A stretch of DNA of 39,259 bases from an uncultured Gemmatimonas sp. (GCA_964526485.1 CAZGIE010000003.1:1-39259), one strand, 5' to 3'; counted from the first letter of the stretch, positions 23,601 through 33,226 are shown. The notes: generated by a model from the letters alone, not told the origin. A program made the numbers and translations.

Positions 23601-25529
23601 TCACCCGATCCCGGGGATCCGCACCAGCTCCCGCAGCCGCTGCTCGAGCACGGCCCGCTGCGCGTCGAGCTTCGCCCGCTCCTCCACGAGCCGCGCTTCG
23701 GCCTGCCCACGGACACGGTCCGCCTCGGCCCGCACGCGACGCTCGGCGTCACCCACCAGCGCGTCGACTCGCCCGCGCACCTCGCGCTCCGCCCGTCGGA
23801 CCTCTTCCCCGACCTGCGCCTCGAGCGCGCCGGCGATCGCGTCGGCGATGTTCGTCCGGATCGCGAGGGTCGGCCGGCGCACCGCGCCGCTGAACCGTGC
23901 CTCGATCTCCACCGAATCGATGCGGGCGAGCGCGCGCCAGAGCGCGTCCTCGAGCAGCCGCGTCTTCGGATTCGTCGACGGCGGATGCGCGATGGTGTCC
24001 CGCTGCCACCGCACCGCGGTCGTGCGCCAGAGCCAACGTCCCTCCCAGCGGTCGCCCGTCCGGGTGACGTCGAGGGCGGAGAGCCCGTCACCGAGGGCCA
24101 CGGCGCCGCCGAGCCCGCCGAGCGGGAGTGTGGGGAGCGGCACGCCGAGGAGCCGCGCCTCGAGCCGGTCACGCACCGGCTCCGCCCGATGGTCGAGCGA
24201 GCCACGAATCCGGATATCGCGCGGACCGACCGCCGCCGCGCGGCGGCGCACCTCGAAGGTCGTCGGCGCCCCATACACCGCGGGCTGCGTCGTCACCCCC
24301 TCGAGTCGGGCGAGATAGTCCCCGGCGGCCGCTCCCTCGCCACCGATCGCGAGCGAGAGCTCGGCGACGCGCGCGAGGAACGTCGGCGCCGTCGCGGCCA
24401 CCGGGAAGAGCACATCCGTCCCCGAGGCGCGGACCCGCGACGGCCCCGCCCGCAGCTGTCGCGTGAGCCCCGGCGGGACGTACCGCTCCGCGACCTCCAC
24501 CCAGTACATCAACGCACCGACCTTCTCCGCGATCACCGGTTCGAGGAGCTGCGGCCCGATCGCCGGCACCTCGACCGTCGGGAGCTGCACGAGCGACCGG
24601 GCGTAGGCGTAGTCGACGGTGCGCGCGGTACCCACGGCGCGCACGCGCTGGCCCAGCGTGTCGATCGACGCGCGGCTCCCGCGCTCGAGCGCCTTCACCC
24701 GGTCATCGATGCGCTGGAGGTCGGCGATCGTGCGCCGGATGTCCCGCACGGCGGTGCGCGCCCCCGCGAGCCCGAGGGTCCGCAGGTCGGCCCCGCGGAG
24801 CCGCGTCAACAGCGCCTCCGCCGAATCGAGCGTCGGGCGCGGGTCGGCGGCGCGGAGCCCCGCCGTGAAGCGCGCCTCGACGGAATCGGCGTAGGCCTGC
24901 GCGTCCCGTGCCGCCCGGACCGTCGCGAGACTTTCGGCCGAGATCGCCGCGACGTTCACCGTGCGCGTGAGCGTCGAGAGGTCGAGCGGCGGGACCCGCA
25001 CCTCGGCGAGCCACGCGTCGACGACCTGCCGCATCGCCCCCGGCGACTCGGGCTCCACCGGTCCATCGGACGGCGGGAGCGCCCCGGAGGTGCGTCGCGG
25101 CGTCCCGAACCGGAGCCCGCGCGCCGCCATGGTGTCGATCACCACCTTCCCCTCGAGCGCCGCCCGGAGTCCGAGGTCGACGACGATCTCTTCGGCCTCG
25201 ATGAGGTTCCGCATCGGCGCAGCGGGGTCGGTCACCTCGAGCCCGCGCACACGGACCTCGCCGCCACGGACGCGCACCTGCGCGCGCGCGACATCGACCT
25301 TCGCGCCGACGGCGGCGGTGCCCCCCGCCTCGATCGCGCGCCGCACGATGCCGTCGAGGAAGAACCACCCGATCAGGAGGAATGCGCCGAGGAAGACGCC
25401 CATCGGCAGCACGGCGGACCAGCGAATGAGCCCGGCGGGACGCGACGGGCGGGACGCGTTCGGTGCGGTCGCCTCGGCGCCGGGGGACGCGGCGCCCGCA
25501 GCGGGCGGAGTCGGCTCGGCGGCGCTCAC
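23601..25529 (-). CDS. TIGR03545 family protein (AsmA-like N-terminus, membrane-anchored)
   Basis: The GTG start overlaps the upstream TGA. GLIRW is followed by a TM helix, then AIEAGGTAAVGAKVDV...VTDPAAPMRNL, a long helical middle and a coiled-coil C-terminus. Paired with TIGR03546. Confidence 0.8.
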   Translation of the reverse strand: MSAAEPTPPAAGAASPGAEATAPNASRPSRPAGLIRWSAVLPMGVFLGAFLLIGWFFLDGIVRRAIEAGGTAAVGAKVDVARAQVRVRGGEVRVRGLEVTDPAAPMRNLIEAEEIVVDLGLRAALEGKVVIDTMAARGLRFGTPRRTSGALPPSDGPVEPESPGAMRQVVDAWLAEVRVPPLDLSTLTRTVNVAAISAESLATVRAARDAQAYADSVEARFTAGLRAADPRPTLDSAEALLTRLRGADLRTLGLAGARTAVRDIRRTIADLQRIDDRVKALERGSRASIDTLGQRVRAVGTARTVDYAYARSLVQLPTVEVPAIGPQLLEPVIAEKVGALMYWVEVAERYVPPGLTRQLRAGPSRVRASGTDVLFPVAATAPTFLARVAELSLAIGGEGAAAGDYLARLEGVTTQPAVYGAPTTFEVRRRAAAVGPRDIRIRGSLDHRAEPVRDRLEARLLGVPLPTLPLGGLGGAVALGDGLSALDVTRTGDRWEGRWLWRTTAVRWQRDTIAHPPSTNPKTRLLEDALWRALARIDSVEIEARFSGAVRRPTLAIRTNIADAIAGALEAQVGEEVRRAEREVRGRVDALVGDAERRVRAEADRVRGQAEARLVEERAKLDAQRAVLEQRLRELVRIPGIG

Positions 25530-26038
25530 GGGGCGAACCACTGATAGAGCGTCCAGAGCTTCGAAGCCTTCAGCGCCTGGAAGAAGCGCGTCTGCTCGAG
25601 CCGGGCATGGATCCGTTCGCGATAGCGCGTGACACCGACGCGAAAGAGCAGGTAGGCTGGCGCCGTCGCGACCACCCAGACGACGAGGCTGCCGAGGACG
25701 ATCGAATTGTTCAGTCGCGCGAGCGAGACGATCGGCGTGTTCACCGCCCAGATGAAGAAGGGCGCGGTCCGGTCGTCGAGGAGGATCGCCATCCCGACGG
25801 CGTGAAAGAGCGGATCGAGCGCGAAGCCGAGGGGGACGCCGAGGGCCCACCCGAGCATGAAGCCCGGCATCGAGACGGTGGTGCACATCGCGAGGAGCAC
25901 CACGAGGAGGTTGTGCAGGCTCGCGATCGGGGTGAGGCCGAGCGCGAGACCGAGGGCCATCCCCGCGGCGACCTGCCCGGGCGTGCCGTCGGAGGCGAGC
26001 GCCTTGAAGAGCGTCTGGAGGAATTTGAGCACGAGCAT
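25526..26038 (-). CDS. TIGR03546 family (DUF2062-like) membrane protein
   Basis: From ATG 26038: LKFLQTLFKALASDGTPGQVAAGMALG...LDPLFHAVG...NTP...RLNNSIVLGS. Confidence 0.85.
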   Translation of the reverse strand: MLVLKFLQTLFKALASDGTPGQVAAGMALGLALGLTPIASLHNLLVVLLAMCTTVSMPGFMLGWALGVPLGFALDPLFHAVGMAILLDDRTAPFFIWAVNTPIVSLARLNNSIVLGSLVVWVVATAPAYLLFRVGVTRYRERIHARLEQTRFFQALKASKLWTLYQWFAP

Positions 26039-26089
26039 AGACCGAGGAATCTGCCGCACCCGCCAGCGCCGAGGAAGTAGAATTGAGCG

Positions 26090-27529
26090 ATGCGACTCAC
26101 CCATTCGTACCTCGGCGCCACGCTCCTTCTCCTCGCGGCCGGCGCGTCGCGCGCGTGGGGGCAAGACCTCACCCGTGCCGATTCGGCACTCGTCGGCCGC
26201 CTCCTGCTGGCAGAGGACCGGCGCGACTCGACCGACACCGCCTTCGCCGAGGCGGCGCTCCACTCAGACGCCCGGGTCCGCACGATCGCGGCGCGCGGGC
26301 TCGGACGGATCCGCGACCCGAAGTTCGCCGCTCGTTCCGCGCTCGACCCCGTGCCACCTCCGCCGATCTGGGTGGAGCCGGCCTGGCGACTCCGCTTCCG
26401 TGCGCTCCCCGGGCTCCGCGATGATTGCCCCGCCCTCCGCCTCGCCCTGATGGACAGCGCCTGGGCGGTGCGTCTCCGGGCCGCCGACCTGGCGCGGACG
26501 AGCTGCGCGGGGGACGAGGCGCTCATGCAGACGCTCATCCGATGGATCGATCGACGCCCGTCGGAGACGGCGTCCCGTCGGCGCGGCGAGGTCTCGTGGC
26601 ATGCCGCCGCGCATGCGGTCGTCGCGCTCGCGCGGCTCCGGCCGGATGCGGTGCGCACCGTCCTCCCGGAGCTGCTCCGCCACCCGCAACCGGAGCTTCG
26701 CCGCTACGCCACGCAGGCCGCGGCGATCCTCGAGGACACCACCGTCCTGCGCGCGATGGTCGAGGATCTCGACGACAACGTCGCCGAGGCCGCGATCGAG
26801 GCGCTCGCGTCGCGCACCGGCCACGCGGAGGATGCCCGCTACGTGGCCGCCCTTCGACGCGACGGCGCCCAGGCGGTGCGCGCCGCGGCGATCGCCCTCC
26901 GCGGGAGCACGCTCCCCGCGGCGGCACCCGCCGCCCGGCAGGCCTTCGATCGGTTCGTCGCCCGCGACGATGCCTCCGCCCGCGACGCGCGCGTGGCGCT
27001 CCTAGCGGTACTCGGTCGACCGGCCTCGGAGGATCGGCCACCGACCGAGCGGGTCGTCCTCCCCCGCGACGCGGTCCGCCTCGCGCTGGGCGACACCGTG
27101 GTGCTCCGCGTGACGATGGCGACGGCGAGCGGCGGGGGGCGCTTCGACGTGCGCCTGCGCGGCGACGTCGCCCCGATGATGGCGGCGCGCCTCCTCGCGC
27201 TCGCGACGTCGGGGTACTACGACGGCCTCACCTGGCACCGGGTCGAGCCCGATTTCGTGATCCAGGGCGGAAGCCCCGGCGCGAACGAGTACGTGGGATG
27301 GCGCGAGACGCTGCGCGACGAACTCGGCACCGTCTCGCACCGCCGCGGCACCGTCGGGATGAGCACGCGCGGCCACGACACCGGGGACGCGCAGTGGTTC
27401 ATCAACCTGCGTGACAACGCGCGGCTCGATGCCGACTACACCGTCTGGGCGGAGGTGATCGCCGGCATCGACGTGGTGGACGGGATCCTCGAGGGGGACC
27501 GCATCCGCTCGATCCGTCGGCGCCGCTGA
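26090..27529 (+). CDS. Secreted HEAT-repeat protein with C-terminal cyclophilin-type peptidyl-prolyl isomerase
   Basis: Signal peptide and Ala/Arg-rich HEAT-like helices. Cyclophilin motif GYYDGLTWHRVEPDFVIQGG...RGTVGM...QWFIN...LDADYTVW. Confidence 0.9.
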   Translation: MRLTHSYLGATLLLLAAGASRAWGQDLTRADSALVGRLLLAEDRRDSTDTAFAEAALHSDARVRTIAARGLGRIRDPKFAARSALDPVPPPPIWVEPAWRLRFRALPGLRDDCPALRLALMDSAWAVRLRAADLARTSCAGDEALMQTLIRWIDRRPSETASRRRGEVSWHAAAHAVVALARLRPDAVRTVLPELLRHPQPELRRYATQAAAILEDTTVLRAMVEDLDDNVAEAAIEALASRTGHAEDARYVAALRRDGAQAVRAAAIALRGSTLPAAAPAARQAFDRFVARDDASARDARVALLAVLGRPASEDRPPTERVVLPRDAVRLALGDTVVLRVTMATASGGGRFDVRLRGDVAPMMAARLLALATSGYYDGLTWHRVEPDFVIQGGSPGANEYVGWRETLRDELGTVSHRRGTVGMSTRGHDTGDAQWFINLRDNARLDADYTVWAEVIAGIDVVDGILEGDRIRSIRRRR

Positions 27530-27530
27530 G

Positions 27531-29594
27531 TCAGAACGTCACCTGCCAGGTGGCGAGGAACGTCGCCGGCGCGACCGGGAAGAGGTAGCGCGTCGTCCCG
27601 TCGTGGTACCCCGCCGCGTACGCCGTGGCGGAGAGCAGATTCTGCCCCTGGAGCCGCAGCTGCTGACGGCCCACGGGGATCGTGATGCCGCCGTCGAGAA
27701 CGGTGAACGCGGGGATGGAGAGGGCGGCGTTCCCGTCGTTCGCGAGGAACGAGCGCCCGACGTGGCGAGCCCCGAGGGTCACGAAACGCCCCCCCCGCCC
27801 CTCCCAGGTCGTCTGGAGATTGGCGGTGACGGCCGGCGTCAGGAGCGGGGGCACGTCGCGGTAGGTGACCCCCGCCGTCTCGTCCACGTACTCGGCGATG
27901 CGGGCCCGCATCCAGACGAGGTTGCCATCGACGCGCCACGTCGGAGCGGGCGTCCAGCTCCCCTCCAGTTCCATGCCGGCACGCGTCGACCGCGGCACGT
28001 TCCGTCGGAGCGGGCTCCCGGTGATCGCGAGCGCGCCGATCGCGGCGATCTCATCGCGGAAGCGCATCGAGAAGAGGTTCACCGCCACCGTCCCGCGCGC
28101 CCCCGCCTGTCGCACCCCGACCTCCACGTCGGTCACCTGCTCGGGCCGCACGCGCGTGAGCGGGAGCACCTCGGCCGCGGTCGCGGCGTCGAGGTCATCG
28201 GCACCGGCGAAGAGGTCGACGCGCGTCGGCTCCCGCGAGGCGCGCCCGACCGACGCGTGCAGGGTACGTCCCGCACCCGCCTGCCACGTCACCCCGAGCT
28301 TCGGGTTCGCGAAGCGCCACGTCACCTCGGGGGAGCCGATCTCGACACCGGCGCTCGGCTCATATCGGAAGGAGGCCTGCCGCAGCTGCAGGTCCGCCAC
28401 CCACTCGAGCGCGCCGTGCCGGCCGACCGCCTTGGCGAAGGCGCTCTGTTCGCCCTTGTGCCCGGTGTTGGCGTAGACGTCGGTCGCGAGGACGGGACGG
28501 ATCCGCAGGCTGTGCTCGCGCGCGTAGTCGCTCACGTGTCCCCCCACCGACCAGTCGATCGCGCCCGCCGTCCAGGTCGCGGTCGAGAGGAGCCCGACCC
28601 AGGTGTGGTCGAGCCCGAAGTTCCAGAGGTCGTCGCCCACGGCGACGTCATAGGTCCCGCCCGCCGCGTTGCGATAGAGCGTCGTCGTGATCGCCGCCGC
28701 GCGGCCGAGGCTCCGCGTGTGCTGCAGGCTCAGCATCGACTGCGAGAAGTCGTCGCGCTCGTCGGGGGACATCGGGTTGGTGCGCGGGTCGACGGCAAGG
28801 TCGGCCTCACTCGCCGCGTAGTAGGCGAGCTGCATCTGCGAGCGGCCCGCGAAGCCGGTGACCTTCACGACGTCGCGGTCGCCGAACCACGCCGCACTGC
28901 CGAAGGCGGAGCGCGCGTCGTTCCCCGAGTTGATGCGGTACCCATCGGTCGTCTGCGCGGTGGCACGCCCGTACGCTGCGAACGACCCGCGCACCCCACT
29001 CGCCGCGGCCGCGCTCACCCGACGCGTCCCCCAGCTCCCCGCGGTCACCTCGGCCTCGCGGAACGCCGCGGTGGTCGCGAGCGGGAGCGACTCGAAGCTC
29101 AGCGCGCCGGCGAACCCCGCCGGCCCGAAGCCGCTGCCGCCGACGCCGCGCTGCACCCGCACCGAGCCCATCGAGTGCATGAAGTCGGGGACGTTCGAGA
29201 AGTAGAGGACCTGGTCCTCGGGGTCGTTGAGCGGGACACCGTCCACCGAGATGGCGAGCCGGGTCTGGTCGATCCCGCGGAGCCGGAGCGAGCTGTACCC
29301 GCTGAACGCGCCGGCGTCGGAGGCGGCGGTGACGCCGGTCGCGCCGAGCAGCGCGAGCGGCGCGTCCTGCCCCACATACGTGCGCTCGATGGTCGCCCGG
29401 TCGATCAGCGTCTGCGACGTCGGCGGCGCGGCGCCGACGCGGGTCGCGCGCACGACGACGGCATCAAGGGTGTCGCGGCGCGCGGTAGTGGCGGAGTCAC
29501 GCGATCCCTCCTGCGCGCCGAGGGCGGACGCGAACACGGCGGCGAGCAGCGCCGCATGACGGACGGCAGGACGGACGACGGGCAGGACGGACAT
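27531..29594 (-). CDS. TonB-dependent receptor, probably thiamine/thiamine-precursor uptake
   Basis: ATG at 29594 with GGAG RBS. TonB-box-like LDAVVVRATR, plug LRGIDQTR...VDGVPLNDPED and C-terminal WQVTF. Lies directly downstream of a TPP riboswitch. Confidence 0.92.
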   Translation of the reverse strand: MSVLPVVRPAVRHAALLAAVFASALGAQEGSRDSATTARRDTLDAVVVRATRVGAAPPTSQTLIDRATIERTYVGQDAPLALLGATGVTAASDAGAFSGYSSLRLRGIDQTRLAISVDGVPLNDPEDQVLYFSNVPDFMHSMGSVRVQRGVGGSGFGPAGFAGALSFESLPLATTAAFREAEVTAGSWGTRRVSAAAASGVRGSFAAYGRATAQTTDGYRINSGNDARSAFGSAAWFGDRDVVKVTGFAGRSQMQLAYYAASEADLAVDPRTNPMSPDERDDFSQSMLSLQHTRSLGRAAAITTTLYRNAAGGTYDVAVGDDLWNFGLDHTWVGLLSTATWTAGAIDWSVGGHVSDYAREHSLRIRPVLATDVYANTGHKGEQSAFAKAVGRHGALEWVADLQLRQASFRYEPSAGVEIGSPEVTWRFANPKLGVTWQAGAGRTLHASVGRASREPTRVDLFAGADDLDAATAAEVLPLTRVRPEQVTDVEVGVRQAGARGTVAVNLFSMRFRDEIAAIGALAITGSPLRRNVPRSTRAGMELEGSWTPAPTWRVDGNLVWMRARIAEYVDETAGVTYRDVPPLLTPAVTANLQTTWEGRGGRFVTLGARHVGRSFLANDGNAALSIPAFTVLDGGITIPVGRQQLRLQGQNLLSATAYAAGYHDGTTRYLFPVAPATFLATWQVTF

Positions 29595-29711
29595 CGAGCA
29601 CTCCATCAGGTCCGCCGGGCGACAAGACGCCCGGACGACCACAGGTGGGAGGGCGACGTCGGCGGGGGGATGGGCGAACGACGGCCACGGACGACGCCGG
29701 GCCCATCGCTC

Positions 29712-29793
29712 ACCGCACTCCCTCCGCCGGCATTACCCGGGTCAGGTTCCAAGGGACTTTCTCAACCCCGCGATGCGGAGTACCCCTGGCGGT
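29712..29793 (-). promoter_or_regulatory. TPP riboswitch (THI element)
   Basis: Minus strand ACCGCCAGGGGT...TTGAGAAAGTCCCTTGGAACCTGACCCGGGTAATGCCGGCGGAGGGAGTGCGGT. It has the conserved UGAGA, GAACCUGA, GGGUAAUGCC and AGGGA segments and a closing P1 (ACCGC/GCGGT). Confidence 0.95.
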
Positions 29794-29921
29794 CAGCGCC
29801 GAAGGAGTAATGGGCGGGACGGCGGGCGCGCCAGTCCCACGGGCGTCGACCTTGTCGCCCCTCGGCCGCGGTGCGAACGTAGCGCAACGCATCGTCCCCT
29901 CACCCCCGACCGAGCCTTCGG

Positions 29922-30503
29922 ATGACGATCACCCGCCGCGCGCTCCTGCAGCTGGCCGGCCTCTCCCTCCTCCCGGCGCTCGCCCAGGCCGACGACGCCG
30001 CCTTCGACGCCTGGGCCGAGAAGATCCACGCCGCCACGCGACAGCCGCGCGGCGCGGGCCTCACCCCCGAGGAACGCGCGATCGTCGCCGCGATGGCCGA
30101 CGGTATCCTCCCGCGCACGGTCACCCCTGGCGCGCTCGACGTCGGCGTTCCCGCGTTCATCGACGTGATCGTCGCCGAGTGGCTCACCGTCGCCGAGCGC
30201 GACGAGTTCCGCGCCGGCCTCGCCGCCCTCGACGCGCGGGCCCGCGCCGGCTACGGCCTCGGCTGGGCGCAGCTCGACCCCGTGCAGCGGGACGGGGAGC
30301 TCGCGTGGGCCGAGCGCCCCGAGGACGCCGCGCACGTCGGCAAGAAGGCGTATCGCCGGCTCAAGGGGCTCGCGCTGCACGGGTACCTGACCAGCGAGCG
30401 CGTCCGCAAAGAGGTCCTCAAGGTGAACATCACCCCCGGCCACTTCCGCGGCGCGGTCCCCATCACCGCGGCGCCGTCGTCGGGAGGGCACGCTCATGCG
30501 TGA
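29922..30503 (+). CDS. Gluconate 2-dehydrogenase subunit 3 family protein (Tat-exported partner of GMC flavoprotein)
   Basis: Tat motif TRRALLQ. Motifs ADGILPRTVTPGA.D.GVP.FID and LKGLALHGYLTSE. Confidence 0.9.
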   Translation: MTITRRALLQLAGLSLLPALAQADDAAFDAWAEKIHAATRQPRGAGLTPEERAIVAAMADGILPRTVTPGALDVGVPAFIDVIVAEWLTVAERDEFRAGLAALDARARAGYGLGWAQLDPVQRDGELAWAERPEDAAHVGKKAYRRLKGLALHGYLTSERVRKEVLKVNITPGHFRGAVPITAAPSSGGHAHA

Positions 30504-32220
30504 CGGCCTCCCGACCCTCCTCGGCGCGAACGCGCAGCGCGGACGCACCTTCGACGCCATCGTCGTCGGCTCCGGCATCAGCGGCGGCTGGGCCGCGAAG
30601 GAGCTCACCGAGCGCGGACTCCGCACGCTCGTTCTCGAGGCCGGCGGCCCGATCGACCCCGCTCGCGATTACGTGGAGCACGTCCAGCCGTACCAGATGC
30701 GATTCCGCGGCTACGGCGATCGCACCGCCCTCGAGCGCGACCAGCCCGTCCAGCGCGAGTGCTACGCCTGCGACGAGTGGGGCTCGAAGTTCTTCGTCAA
30801 CGATCGCGAGAACCCGTACACCACCCCGGACGACGCACCGTTCCGCTGGATCCGCGGCCGGCACGTCGGCGGCCGTTCGATCATGTGGGGGCGGCAGGTC
30901 TATCGCTGGAGCGACCTCGACTTCGAGGCGAACCTGAAGGACGGGCACGGCTGCGACTGGCCCATCCGCTACGCCGACCTCGCCCCGTGGTATGCGCACG
31001 TCGAACGCTTCATCGGCGTGACGGGGCAACCCGAGGGACTCGCGCAGCTCCCTGACGGCGAGTTCCTCCCGCCCATGGAGATGACCATCGCCGAGCGACA
31101 CGTCCGCGAGAAGGTGCTGAAGGCCTTCAACGGCGAGCGGGTCTGGACCATCGGACGCGCGGCGATCCTCACCAAGGACCACAACGGCCGGGCCGCCTGC
31201 CACTACTGCGGCCCCTGTGAGCGCGGGTGCATCACCCACTCGTACTTCTCGAGCAACGGGTCGACACTCCCCGCGGCCGAGCGCACCGGGCGGCTCACCC
31301 TGCGGCCGTGGAGCGTGGTCAGCGAGGTCGTCCTCGACCCGCGCACCGGGCGCGCCAAGGGCGTGCGCGTCATCGACGCACGCACGAAGCAGGAAACGGT
31401 CTACGAGGCGCGTGTGATCTTCCTCTGCGCATCGGCCTTCGAGTCGACGCGCATCCTGATGCACTCCACGAGCGCCGCCCACCCGAACGGGATGGGGAAC
31501 GGGAGCGGCACCCTCGGGAAGTACATCATGGACCACCACATGCTCCACGGCGCCGGCGGCATCATCCCCGGCTTCGAGGACTACAAGACCGAGGGGAGCC
31601 GACCGAACGGGATGTACGTCGCGCGCTTCCGGAACACGAACGGCGCCGCACCGAGCCGCGACTTCCTCCGCGGCTACGGCATGCAGGGAGGCGCCGGCGG
31701 GCGCGGACGCTGGTCGGGGCCCGGCTACGGCGCCGACTGGAAGCAGAAGGTCCTCACCCAGCTCGGCCCCTGGGGCGTGGGGATCAACGGGTGGGGCGAG
31801 ATGCTCCCGGCGGTGGAGAACCACCTCGCGCTCGATCCGAACGTCAAGGACAAGTGGGGGATCCCCGCGCTGCGCATCACCTGCCGCTGGGGCGACAACG
31901 AGCGTGCCATGATGAAAGACATGGTCACCTCGGCCACCGAGATGCTCGAGGCCGCCGGCGCGACGAACATCTATCAGAACCGGCCCGACGTGCCGCCGGG
32001 GCTCTGCATCCATGAGATGGGGGGTGCGCGAATGGGGCGCTCCGCCGACATCTCCGTCTGCGACGGCAACAACGCGCTCTGGGAGGTCCCGAACGTGATG
32101 GTCACGGACGGCGCCTGCATGGCCAGCTCGGCGTGCCAGAACCCGAGCATCACCTACATGGCGCTCACCGCGCGCGCCGCGGCGGGTGCGGTCGAGCGCA
32201 TGAACCGAGGCGAACTGTGA
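30496..32220 (+). CDS. GMC family FAD oxidoreductase (glucoside 3-dehydrogenase-like)
   Basis: IVVGSGISGGWAAKEL (FAD binding), VGGRSIMWGR, Cys cluster CHYCGPCERGC, IHEMGGARMG and QNPSITYMALTARA. Overlaps the upstream gene by 8 nt. Confidence 0.93.
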   Translation: MRDGLPTLLGANAQRGRTFDAIVVGSGISGGWAAKELTERGLRTLVLEAGGPIDPARDYVEHVQPYQMRFRGYGDRTALERDQPVQRECYACDEWGSKFFVNDRENPYTTPDDAPFRWIRGRHVGGRSIMWGRQVYRWSDLDFEANLKDGHGCDWPIRYADLAPWYAHVERFIGVTGQPEGLAQLPDGEFLPPMEMTIAERHVREKVLKAFNGERVWTIGRAAILTKDHNGRAACHYCGPCERGCITHSYFSSNGSTLPAAERTGRLTLRPWSVVSEVVLDPRTGRAKGVRVIDARTKQETVYEARVIFLCASAFESTRILMHSTSAAHPNGMGNGSGTLGKYIMDHHMLHGAGGIIPGFEDYKTEGSRPNGMYVARFRNTNGAAPSRDFLRGYGMQGGAGGRGRWSGPGYGADWKQKVLTQLGPWGVGINGWGEMLPAVENHLALDPNVKDKWGIPALRITCRWGDNERAMMKDMVTSATEMLEAAGATNIYQNRPDVPPGLCIHEMGGARMGRSADISVCDGNNALWEVPNVMVTDGACMASSACQNPSITYMALTARAAAGAVERMNRGEL

Positions 32221-33128
32221 CCCCCTCCCGTCGGGATCTCCTCCGCGCCGGCCTCGGCGCGACCGCCGGCGCCGCGCTCGGCGCGCTCCCGCGTGTGGCC
32301 GACGCCGCGCCGACCACCGCGACGTCGACGCGCGCCGACGCCGCGCTCCCATCGACCCTCGCGCCCTTCACCCCCGCCTACCGACAGAGCGTCGCGCGCT
32401 GGTGCTTCAGCAGCACGCCGATCGACGACCTCTGCCGCGAGGCGAAGCGCATCGGCCTGCACGCGATCGACCTGCTGAGCGAGGACGAATGGGCCGTCCC
32501 GGCACGCCACGGGCTCGCCTGCGCCATCGCCAACGGCCCCGGCCCCATCCCCGACGGCTGGAACACCGTGGCCAACCACGACCGCCTCGTCGCGGAGAGT
32601 GAGCGGCTCCTGCCGAAGATCGCCGCGGCGGGGATCCCCCAGATGATCGTCTTTTCGGGCAACCGCCGCGGATTGAGCGACGGCGAAGGGATCGCGAACT
32701 GCGTGAAGGGGCTGCGCCGGATCCTCCCGCTCGCCGAGCGGCTCGGCGTCACCGTCACGATGGAACTCCTCAACAGCAAGGTCGACCATCGCGACTACCA
32801 GGCCGACCGCACCCCCTTCGGCGTGGCGATCGCCGAGGCCCTCGGGTCGACGCGCTTCACGCTGCTGTACGACATCTACCACATGCAGATCATGGAAGGA
32901 GATGTCGTGCGCACGATCGAGACGTTCCAGCGCTACAGCGGGCACTACCACACGGCAGGCGTCCCCGGCCGGCACGAGCTCGACGCCACACAGGAGCTCT
33001 ACTATCCCCGGATCGCGAAGGCGATCGCCGGCACCGGCTTCACCGGCTACGTCGCGCACGAGTTCATGCCGACATCGACCGGGTTCGCCACGCTGCAGGA
33101 CGCGCAGCGGATCTTCGCCGGCGCCTGA
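32217..33128 (+). CDS. Tat-exported sugar phosphate isomerase/epimerase TIM barrel (hydroxypyruvate isomerase / AP_endonuc_2 family)
   Basis: The GTG start overlaps the upstream TGA. Tat motif SRRDLLRAG. Motifs MELLNSKVDH, LLYDIYHMQIMEGD, HYHTAGVPGRHE and HEF. Confidence 0.9.
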   Translation: MTPSRRDLLRAGLGATAGAALGALPRVADAAPTTATSTRADAALPSTLAPFTPAYRQSVARWCFSSTPIDDLCREAKRIGLHAIDLLSEDEWAVPARHGLACAIANGPGPIPDGWNTVANHDRLVAESERLLPKIAAAGIPQMIVFSGNRRGLSDGEGIANCVKGLRRILPLAERLGVTVTMELLNSKVDHRDYQADRTPFGVAIAEALGSTRFTLLYDIYHMQIMEGDVVRTIETFQRYSGHYHTAGVPGRHELDATQELYYPRIAKAIAGTGFTGYVAHEFMPTSTGFATLQDAQRIFAGA

Positions 33129-33138
33129 GCGCATACAG

Positions 33139-33175
33139 AAAGGGGCGGGAGCGCTGTCGCGCTCCCGCCCCCTTC
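33139..33175. terminator. Intrinsic (probably bidirectional) terminator
   Basis: Perfect 13-bp stem GGGGCGGGAGCGC-TGTC-GCGCTCCCGCCCC. On the minus strand it is followed by TTTCTGTAT. Lies between convergent genes. Confidence 0.75.
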
Positions 33176-33190
33176 GCATGTTCTACCTCC

Positions 33191-33221
33191 GCGGGGCGCC
33201 GTCGATGCGACGGCGCCCCGC
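33191..33221. terminator. Second perfect hairpin between the convergent genes
   Basis: 14-bp stem GCGGGGCGCCGTCG-ATG-CGACGGCGCCCCGC, 5 nt from the stop of the VPS10 paralog. Confidence 0.6.
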
Positions 33222-33226
33222 CGCCG

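Noticed and set aside
25530-26263. Upstream extensions of the TIGR03545 (to 25886) and TIGR03546 (to 26263) ORFs
   Set aside because: They overlap neighbouring genes. Better starts are GTG 25529 (coupled to the upstream stop) and ATG 26038.
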